This document shows positions 54,683 to 64,000 of a DNA stretch of 64,000 nucleotides, one piece after another; within the stretch, counting starts at the first letter, position 1; each line of letters begins with the position of its first letter. The notes under the pieces are model-generated. The model had not been told where the DNA came from and searched no databases. It saw only the letters and a list, made by a program, of their open reading frames with translations. Source of the stretch: Octopus vulgaris (Eukaryota); contig OX597835.1 in the NCBI GenBank assembly GCA_951406725.2, forward strand, positions 2,294,001-2,358,000. The letters run 5' to 3'. Both the position numbers and the translations under genes were made by a program.

Positions 54683-55194
54683 GGACGGTGCTGAGTTGTC
54701 AAACATTTAAACCAAATTTTCTCAAAACAACTTGTCCGACCGTCCCATAGGCCTCTCCTTTGAGAAACACTGATTTAACCTAAATTTGAGACACCATGCA
54801 TTTTTCTTGCATACGTGTATTATCAGTTGCAACAGCTGATGTACTTGCGCGTACAAATGCACGTTCCCACGACTTTATCGATCGCATTCTCACCTGGAAT
54901 TGATTTTTGTAATTTTTTTCAAGACTTATACACGCTCTGATACCATCGGTATCTACATATCAAATTTGAGCACAATCGGATGGCGGATGGCGGATGCCCG
55001 AGATCTGAGAAGACACACAGACGGACAGAACGTATTTTATAGAAGAGATAAGGTAAACCAATACCAGTGGCACTAGTATTTGCCTGATATTGAATGAATG
55101 AATGGTTGAAAGACTATATTTTTGCTCATTTACAATAAAGGAAAGACACTATAGTGAAATGAAAGGAGAAATGGAAGGAGAAAAAGTCACTTAC

Positions 55195-55260
55195 TTGGCA
55201 ACGAAAAGACAACGTTGAGCTACACCGAACTTTGAAGAAGGAAGGTAAGTCATCAAGTCA
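55195..55260 (-). CDS. WDR11: WDR11 exon
   Basis: DLMTYLPSSKFGVAQRCLFVA; AG/GT, phase 2-2. Confidence 0.85.
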
Positions 55261-55811
55261 CTGAAAAAGGGGGGGAGAGAGAAAGAATAACAACTGAGAA
55301 TTATTATTACCAATGGTTATTATCATCATCATCATCATCACTGTCATCTTCATTAACGTCATCATTACCATTATTCTTGCTGTCATTACCAATATTACCA
55401 TAATCATTATCATAATCATTACCAGTCATTACCATCATCATTATTCACCTCATTAACATCCTTCATTATCATTCTCATTATTCTTTCATTACTTTCAAAT
55501 GTTGGCACAACACCAGCTATTTAGGGGGAGGGGCAAGTCAATTAAATCGATTACAGGGTTTAACTGGTTCTTTTTTTTTATTGACCCCAAAAGGATGAAA
55601 GGCAACGTCAACCTCAGCAGAATTTGAACTCAGAATGTAAAGATGGACAAAATGCCATTTTGTTCATCATGCTAATGATTCTGCCAGCTTCAAGAACACA
55701 GCACATTGCTCAGTCCAAGAATTGAAACTACAATCTTATAATCATGAGTCAGACACCCAAACCACTAAGCCATGCACTCTCACACTATCGTTATCATTAA
55801 CATCATTATTA

Positions 55812-56224
55812 TTGGAGTAAAGATTTTTGCCAACATAACGTGGCAGTCCTGGTTTAGGATGAATGTTGCTGTAATTTAGCCCCAGGAGACATTGTCTCCA
55901 TCCAGCTGGCTATACGACACGACCTGTGTCCGTATATTTTTGAACAAGGGAATCTAGTACCCCAACTCAGCTCAAAACAATATCTGTGTATCACGGTTTC
56001 CGGGTTATTTCCCTTCATCAGCCCAGAATAATTGTTCAGCTGGAGGTGGTGCTGCCAAATTCCTGTTCAAAATATATAGTTTTCAAAGTGACGAGTCACT
56101 GATCTATAAATTAGAAAATTACTTTATCGCCAGCTAGAGACGATGTTTCCTGGGGCTAAATCACAGCAACATTTGTCCTAAACCAGGACTGCCATGTTAT
56201 GTTGGCAGATAATCTTTACTCCAA
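55812..56224. mobile_element. fold-back element with an internal hammerhead-like motif
   Basis: arms of about 100 bp; minus 55984-56026 CTGGG-CTGATGA-AGGG..CCCG-GAAAC-CGTGATA-CACAG. Confidence 0.6.
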
Positions 56225-56456
56225 AGTACTGTTGATGAATGTCTCTCCTTGTGAGATTTACAAATAGTAATTTTCTAATCATTATTATCGTTGTTAATCT
56301 CATTATTACCACCATCATTAACATTATAATTACTTTTAGAATGCCCTTAATCATATGTCTGTTTGACCAATGCTGACCTGGGGTAAAAGAAAACCACCAA
56401 TCACCCCATTACTCTCCCATAAAATTACAGACAAGAGAAACAAAGAGGAACCTTAC

Positions 56457-56625
56457 CTGTTAATAAGTTTCAGTTGTTTATTGACAGCAGTCTGAATTTC
56501 TTGCTCCTCATCCCTCATACCAGACAGCTCAAACGTATATTTTTCATTCCACGGTTGATGTTGAAGAAATGTTTTCATCAATAAAGATCCAGGAGATGGT
56601 AGAAATGAAGGACAAAATATTTTCT
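56457..56625 (-). CDS. WDR11: WDR11 exon
   Basis: KIFCPSFLPSPGSLLMKTFLQHQPWNEKY...; AG/GT. Confidence 0.9.
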
Positions 56626-57240
56626 CTAAAAACAAAAGAAAAATTTTTAATTATGCGTATGCGTGTTTGTGTATGCATATACGCATACATTTATCATCAT
56701 CATCATCATTTAGCGTCCGCTTTCCATGCTAGCATGGGTTGGACGGTTCAACTGGGGTCTGTGAAGCTGGAAGGCTTCGTCAGGCCCAGTCAGATCTGGC
56801 AGTGTTTCTACGGCTGGATGCCCTTCCTAACGCCAACCACTCCGTGAGTGTAGTGGGTGCTTTTTACGTGCCACCAGCACATGCCAGCATGGTAAAAGGG
56901 ATGTTAAATGAGAATGTGTGTATATTTGTTTGTGGGTAGTTTTGTTGTCAGTTTCTTCTGTCAGCAAAATGGTCAGGCTTCTTCATGGCTTCAAAGCAAT
57001 GTGGAAAGGGGATCCCTTCCTTTAAAAACAGGTTAAAGGGTTAGCATTAGGAAGAGCATTTATTTGGCTGTAAAACAATGCCTCAAATGACATTCGCTCA
57101 ACCTAGGCAAGCATGGAGAAGCAATCCTAAAATGAATGTGTGTGTGTGTGTTCAATAGAGTAATATGTGTGCTGGGGCTGATATAATCAAGTGGTGCAAC
57201 AGTCCACTGAGTGGAAACATTGAAAGACTAAAGGGGATAC

Positions 57241-57409
57241 CTTCTAAATCCCAGTCCATCATGTGAGAGGAGGCCTTCTTCATAGTAAGGTCGAATACTC
57301 GTATGCAGCCATCGGACATCAAGACCACTGGCTTGTCCGACTGACCCCATTCAGCATCAATGATTTTGGGAACATCTTTGGAACACTTATAAGAAACGAT
57401 CAGTTCTTC
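57241..57409 (-). CDS. WDR11: WDR11 exon
   Basis: EELIVSYKCSKDVPKIIDAEWGQSDKPVVLMSDGCIRVFDLTMK...; AG/GT. Confidence 0.9.
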
Positions 57410-57485
57410 CTGAAACAGAAATAACAATTACAATAAGAACGTAAAGTATCACTTGAACTCTTTCATTTCAACTTTGTTGGTTTTC

Positions 57486-57516
<31 letters not shown>

Positions 57517-58294
57517 AGTCTTAGATGTAGATTTGGGTCTTCCTTCATTGTGAGACAAATAAGGCAGCAAGATTCAGTTAGTATGATTGACCTGTTGCTT
57601 TTTTTTTTTTTCCTACCCAACTGGTCCTTGTGCATTTGAGGCCTTTCTGGACATTTTGGTGCCAGATGTTCTAGATATGTCTGTATATAAAATCATCCTC
57701 ACTTAGCGTCGGCTTTTCCATGCTGGCATGGATTAGACGCTCTGACCGAGACTGGTCAGCTGGAGAGATGTACCAAGCTCCAGTCTGGTTCGGCTTGGCT
57801 TCTATGGCTGGATACCCTTCTTAATGCCAACTACTTCAATAGTGTAGTGGGTATCTCCTACATGTCACTGGCACAGGTGCCCTTTATGTGTCACCAGCAT
57901 AGGAGCCCTTTATGTGTCACCAGCACAGGTGCCTTTTACATATCACTGGCAACCATGAATCTGCTTTCTGGTGAGAATGTAGTCAATCTGGCCAGTGTGG
58001 TCAATCTGGCCAGTGTGGTCACTAGATCGATAGATTATCAGGCGACTGATTGGTTTCCTGAAGTTGGTGTCACAGACCATTAGGTCATTTGCATTGCAGA
58101 ACTCCAACAGCCTTGTTCCCTCTTCATTTCAGGAACCAATTCTATGGCTCCCGTATACACCATGGAAGACACCCAGGTCTTGGCTGCCATGTCCACTGAA
58201 ATCACCAGCCACAAGGTCCCTGTCATTTGTCTTTGAGGTAGCCTGCAGAAGAATGTCGTAAAAGCAGTCCTTTTGCTCATTTGGCAGATATACA

Positions 58295-58379
<85 letters not shown>

Positions 58380-58532
58380 ATCTGGCACCAAAAATTGGAT
58401 GGATGGATGGATGGACAGTTAGATATACATATACATTTATGTGTGTGTGTGTGTGTGTGATGTAGTGCATACTGGTGAAGTAGGGTAACCTTTCTCTGAA
58501 GATTTCAAATTTCTAAGAAATGTAGATGAAGA

Positions 58533-58620
58533 TGCATAGCTTGTCAGTCGTGCATAGCTTGTCAGTCGTGCATAGCTTGTCAGTCGTGCATAGCTTGTCA
58601 GTCGTGCATAGCTTGTCAGT
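58533..58620. repeat. 18-bp tandem repeat (TGCATAGCTTGTCAGTCG), about 5 copies
   Basis: direct reading. Confidence 0.9.
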
Positions 58621-58753
58621 CAGCTGTACATTTGTAGGTCATAGGATCCATGAGCATTAAAGACACTTAACTCATTCAATATTTACAGAAAAAATATATA
58701 ATTATAAAAAAACACTGTCCTTTACAAAATGGGTGAAAGTTGCTCTCTTTTAC

Positions 58754-58874
58754 CTTTTGACTTTTTATCTCGTATATGTCTAAGCCATCGTTGTACTTGA
58801 GGAAAAATTTCAGATTTGCTTTCCCTGGTCCAAAACGTATCTTTTTAATGGCTGATCTGTGGGTGGATATGGTT
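58754..58874 (-). CDS. WDR11: WDR11 exon
   Basis: TISTHRSAIKKIRFGPGKANLKFFLKYNDGLDIYEIKSQK; AG/GT. Confidence 0.9.
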
Positions 58875-59421
58875 CTGCAAAGATGTACACAAAAAATTTT
58901 AAATTCTTCTTGTGTGGGGGTATACATGCTCAATAAATATTCATATGTAAAGTGGTTGGCATTGGGAAGGGCATCCAGCCATAGAAAACAGACTGGAACC
59001 TGGCGCAGCTCTCCGGTTCATCAGCTCCAGTCAAACTGTCTAACCCATGCCAGCATGGAATGAGGGTGTTAAATGATGATGATGGTGATAGTGATGATGA
59101 TGATGATGTAATGTCCTCTTTTCTTTAGTGGCATGAGTTGGACAGTCTGACACAAACAGACCAGCAAGGGTTGCACCAAGCGCCAATGTCCACTTTGGCA
59201 CTGTTACTACAGTCAGATACCCTCCAGAACGTCAACCCCTTCATAAGAGTGTTACTGGGAGCTTTTTTCATGGTACCAACACGATTGAGGCCATCAAGTA
59301 CCCACAAGACAAGACCCCCTTAAATGAGTGGGGTATAGCATTCAGGAATACGAAAGTAACGTAGAGTGACAGAAGCAAGTGTCTTGCTGAAGTGGTGAGT
59401 CTATGGCTTGCTCACCTGGGA

Positions 59422-59452
<31 letters not shown>

Positions 59453-60063
59453 GGGGTTGAGGTAGAAAGTGGACATGAGATAGAAGAGAGGACAGTGGGT
59501 AAGTGTACAAGAGTGAAAACAGTGTGAGAAACAGTAGGGATTAAGTTGGATGCAGTGAATAACAGATATGCGACCTAAGGGAGATTTGTAGCCACTCAAT
59601 CTGCAAAAAGAAATAGCAGCTAAATCTCCCTCAAATCATAAATTCTCATCTTGAGAACAGTAACAAGCCTTAGACACAAGAGAGTGCTGAAAGGCTTCTG
59701 GCTTTGGGTAAAAGAAAATACAGGAGAATCAGTTTATTCAAAAGATTCCCCTCTCAGAGTCACACACTCAATGCAACATTCCTTTGGTTGTTCTAAGCCC
59801 AGTAAAAGAACTTGGAAAGTTGGGCTTCCAACCAGGCCCTTCATGGTACCCTTGGAGCCAGGAACTTTGCAACACCCCACTCATGCACTACATTTAGAAA
59901 AAAAAAAAAAAAAGAAAGTATGTTGCAAATGAAAGAAATGCTTCCTATAACTTTTTTATTGGATTAGAGTTGACCTCAGGGGTAAATATCAACAAGTCTG
60001 TGGTGATTACTGAGGGAAAAAGATCTTGATAATAAAATAGAGTACAAATATCATGAAACAAAC

Positions 60064-60170
60064 CTTGATATTCTTCCTTTGAGGTCCCAGATTGATAAGA
60101 CACCATCAACATCACCAAAAGCCAAATGATCGTTTTTCCAGGCTAACGAAGTAATAATACTAAGTCCACT
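60064..60170 (-). CDS. WDR11: WDR11 exon (most 5' recognisable in window)
   Basis: SGLSIITSLAWKNDHLAFGDVDGVLSIWDLKGRIS, versus WDR11 SITCIAWKGDTLVLGDMDGNLNFWDLKGRVS; AG/GT sites. Confidence 0.9.
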
Positions 60171-60214
60171 CTGAAAATTAATTTAAATAACAATGATGAT
60201 GATGATAATAATAA

Positions 60215-60420
60215 TCCTTTCTACTATAGGCACAAGGCCAGAAATTTGTGGGAGGGGATAAGTGATTACATCGACCCCAGTACTCAACTGGTACTTAATT
60301 TATCAACTCTGAAAGGGTGAAAGGTAAAGTCGACCTCGGTGGAATTTGAACTCAAAACGTAGTGACGGCCAAAATACGGTTAAGCATTTCACCCGCCATG
60401 CTACCAATTCTGCCAGCTCA
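60215..60420 (-). mobile_element. SINE family D
   Basis: GAGTTCAAATTCCACCGAGGTCGACTTT..CTTTCA motif; copies at about 11790-12003(-), 27090-27250, 31118-31270, 36540-36710, 53385-53565(-), 55500-55690(-), 60450-60640(-). Confidence 0.65.
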
Positions 60421-60681
60421 CCCACCTTAGGCCAGCTGGAATAATTTTGGTAGAAGGCCAGTAATTTTGGGGAAGGAGCTAAGTCGATAAAACCAACCTC
60501 AGTGTTCAACTGGGACATATTTATCCACCCCAAAAGGATGAAAGGCGAAGTCAACCCTGGCAGAATTTGAACTCAAAATATGAAGACAGACAAAATGCCA
60601 CCAAGCATTCTGCTCATCATGCAAATGGTTCTGCCAGCTCACCACCACCGCCACCATAATAATAATAATAATAATAATAAT

Positions 60682-60726
<45 letters not shown>

Positions 60727-60844
60727 CAAAGTATTTTCAGATGGTTAAAAAGAACAGATAGCATGGTACTATAGGCTGCAGGTAGCAAGTCTGCAACACA
60801 TGCAAGACTCCAGCAGTTCTAACAAAACCTGTGTCGTTGTTGTT

Positions 60845-60897
<53 letters not shown>

Positions 60898-60939
60898 GCA
60901 GCAGCAGCAGCAGCAAAGAAGTTCAGTATGATTTAGAAG

Positions 60940-62440
60940 CAAACTGGTTATGGAAATTTGAAAGTGAAATGGAAGATGGATGAAAACAAAGTGACAGAGG
61001 TGTTTAAATTGGGAAACTCCTAAACCAGATGGTATTCAGAGATTCTGGTTCAAAATCTCTCAAAAATATACACAACCATTAGGAAATGTGAAAATACACA
61101 AGGGGATAGTCATGGAAGGCTCACTCTCACCATTCCTTCTTGTTATTGCGTTAATACCTCTGGCACGTCTACTGAGAAAATCCAGGTCTGCTTATAAGTT
61201 TGCCAAAATTGAGATAAAACATAAATCCTTTGCTTTATATGGAGGATCTCAAACTCTCTCTTTTACTCTTTTACTTGTTTCAGTCATTTGACTGTGGCCA
61301 TGCTGGAGCACCGCCTTTAATTGAGCAACTCGACCCCGGGACTTATTCTTTCGTAAGCCCAGTACTTATCCTATCGGTCTCTTTTGCCGAACCGCTAAGT
61401 AACGGGGACATAAACACACCAGCATCGGTTGTCAAGCAATGCTAGGGGAACAAACACAGACACACAAACGTACAAAATGTGAAAAAGACCTGGATTCGTT
61501 GATCCAAACAGTAAAAATATTTAACGAGGATACTGGAGGTACAGTTTTTGGTAAATAAGTGCATAGTTCTAATTATGAAGAGAAGTTGGAAGATAAAATC
61601 TGATGGTATCTAATTACCACAAGATAATATCATTAGATTGCTGAGAAATAATGAGGGATACAAATACCTAGGGGTATTGGTATTAAGACGATAAGATAAT
61701 GATGGAGAAATAAGAGAAAATCTCCAAAGAGTACAAGAAAAGAAATAGGAAGGTGCTTGAAACAAAACTAAATGGAAGGAATATTGTTAAAGCAATAAAT
61801 GTATGAACCATGCCAATATTAAGAAATTCTGCTACCTTTCAAAGAGGACAAAAGTTGAGATACAGATCTTAGATTAAAAAAAAAAAAAATCTAGGAAACT
61901 TCTCAAAATGCAAAGTGTGCAGCACCCTAAAATGGTAAAATAAAAAGACTTTGCCTCCCAAGAAAGGAAGGAAGCAGGGGACTGCTAAATGCAGAAGACA
62001 TCATTAGGATTGCAATGTTGGGTTTGGAAAACTATGTTATTATATGTAGTGAAGAAAGAATGCAACTGGCAGCTAGAAATGTCCAAAAATGTCACTGAAA
62101 CTGTCCAAGGAATAACATGGCCATTCATGCAACAAACCAAGAATGTCAGAAGTAAAGAACACTGGTTGTGGCTGACGGGAAGAAAGCTGAAGCAAGAAAA
62201 CTGGAGTGCTGGTTCGAATCCCTTGAGAACAAACCATTAAAATGAATTTGATGAAGACAAAGATTGATAAAACTTGAACTCAGAGAAGAGGACATTTGTA
62301 AACTGGATCGAAATGAGAAAACTGAGCAACATTATCAAAGAAACAGGAATCATCCAAGCTTCTCAGTATAGTCACTGGTTGGCTATGAAATCTGACCAAT
62401 AATAACCCATAATACTACTGCAGAGCATCCTGATAAGCAA
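60940..62440 (+). mobile_element. decayed R4/Dong-like RT fragment interrupted by a SINE
   Basis: KGIVMEGSLSPFLLVIALIPL, LLYMEDLKL (YxDD box), DLDSLIQTV, YKYLG; SINE inserted at about 61257-61470; (AAT)n just upstream. Confidence 0.65.
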
Positions 62441-64000
62441 AGGAGTTCAGGCAGCTCCTAAGGGCCCTGGACAGTTTCCAGGTCTTTCAAGTGTAAAAAA
62501 AGACAAGGAAGGACCAAAGAGCTGAAGACCTGAACCTTTGTTCTGTTGCTCAGTTATAAGCAGCACCTCCCCCTTGTCCAATGAATCCACATCGTCATTA
62601 GCAAACCCAACTCCTTTTAAGACTTCAGATTCACAGCTCAAAAAATTTTATTACACAAATAGTAAATATAATGATTTCTAATTTTGGCACAAGGCCAGTA
62701 ATTTTGAGGGAATGGTGTTAGTCGAGATCATCAACCTCAATACTCGACTGTCTAATACTTTATTTCATTGATCCCAGACTTGACCTTGGAGGAATATGAA
62801 CTCAGAATGCAGGGTGCTGGAACAAATACCACAAGGTATTTTGTCCACTGCTCAAACAATTCTGTCTATCTTGTCACTCATAACAGTTTCTTGCATAAGT
62901 GTGAAGCCAGAAATTTGGGGATCTGGTACTTTGACATTGGAAGGATGGAAGACAAAGCTGACCACAGCAGGTTTTAAACTCGAAACATAAAAAAGAGCAG
63001 GAATAAATACTGCAAGGTATTTTGTCCAACACTAATGATTCTGCTAATCCAATAATGGTAAAAATAATTGTTTGTTTTGTAAGGCTGCAAAAGCCCATTC
63101 ATACATTAACACAAAACAAAATGGTTAGAAAGATGTGTAAAGAGATACATTGATGACTTTTATAAGACAAAAAGGGGGCAAACGTGTCATACAATATATT
63201 GGGATATATTAAAGATTTTTTAAAGCTTTACACAAATATATTAAAAAAATATAAATAGATTTAAATAAAAGAATATAAATAAAACACAAAACAAATAATA
63301 GCAACCAACCCACACACATGCAAAAAGCAATCATCAGAACTTGATAAGGGCACACATTTACACTGACCACCTACTTTTTTCATGTACTCTACATCCATAT
63401 ATACTCAAAATGATCAGTCCTGAAGGTGGTGCCAGTGAGCAACTCAAGTTTCGGAGTGTATAAAAGAGGTGCCACATCTCCTGATACCTAAAATAGTTTG
63501 TCGCTTGTGTGTTCCACATAGACAAAGCTCATCACTGCTTCAGGATACAATTTTATCTTCTATGTCTTCCTGCATTTCATTCAAATCCTCCAACAGTCCT
63601 CTGGTGGTTTTTTTTTTAAGGATCGTCAACTGCATACAAACCCAATGAGGGATGTGACTCACTTTTTCTGCTTGAGCTCTTTTTTTTTTTTTTTTTGGCA
63701 GGAGAAGTCTTTCGTTTTCCAATGTCCCCAACGTTTATCCACCCCTGGCTCTCTTCTATCACCTCCTCTTTATTACAAGATGATGGGGTCACACCACTGG
63801 TCATGGTTGGAGGAAAGGATCTCCTGTGATCAGTTTTTGGCATTGAAGATGAAGAGATTTTTTTTCACTCTCTTTGAGGCTGAAACTAGTGATGCAATTG
63901 GTGCTACTCTAGAAACAACCTGCAATTACTGTTGCTGTTGTCCATTGTCACTGTCTTTCCAGCTTCTCTGGACAGGAAGTCCACACACTGTAACTCACAC

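Noticed and set aside
58533-58620. Regular 18-bp repeats as a possible CRISPR-like array
   Set aside because: Head-to-tail with no spacers, in a eukaryotic intron; ordinary minisatellite
63365-64000. Possible upstream WDR11 exon
   Set aside because: No recognisable WDR11 similarity in any frame, and there are stops and frameshifts; perhaps a LINE ORF1 relic but not supportable

Overview
AT-rich, microsatellite- and transposon-dense animal genomic DNA. The SINE/LINE repertoire looks like an octopus/coleoid cephalopod (inference from recall, not a database search). Three spliced genes can be built by hand with canonical GT-AG junctions and consistent phases. (1) The 3' ten exons of a TMC1/2/3-type transmembrane channel-like gene (+, 931-22745), whose long C-terminal tail carries about 22 tandem 7-aa repeats. 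(2) A complete two-exon AP5S1 (AP-5 sigma) gene (+, 25324-32577). (3) The 3' thirteen exons of WDR11 (-, 60170-43499). Introns and spacers hold tRNA-derived SINEs, R4/Dong, RTE, CR1 and Tx1-like LINE fragments, Merlin and mariner transposase relics, and piggyBac, hAT and pogo-type MITEs. The most striking non-annotated signal is a dozen or so minimal type I hammerhead-ribozyme motifs (CUGAnGA...GAAAC-short loop-GUH), belonging to several unrelated sequence families. Most sit in small elements embedded in (TA)n tracts. Several of these elements are head-to-head fold-backs with a ribozyme motif on each arm pointing outward, including a 422-bp spacer-less palindrome. They are most likely Penelope-like or retrozyme-type ends. 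Most long ORF-track entries are microsatellite artefacts.
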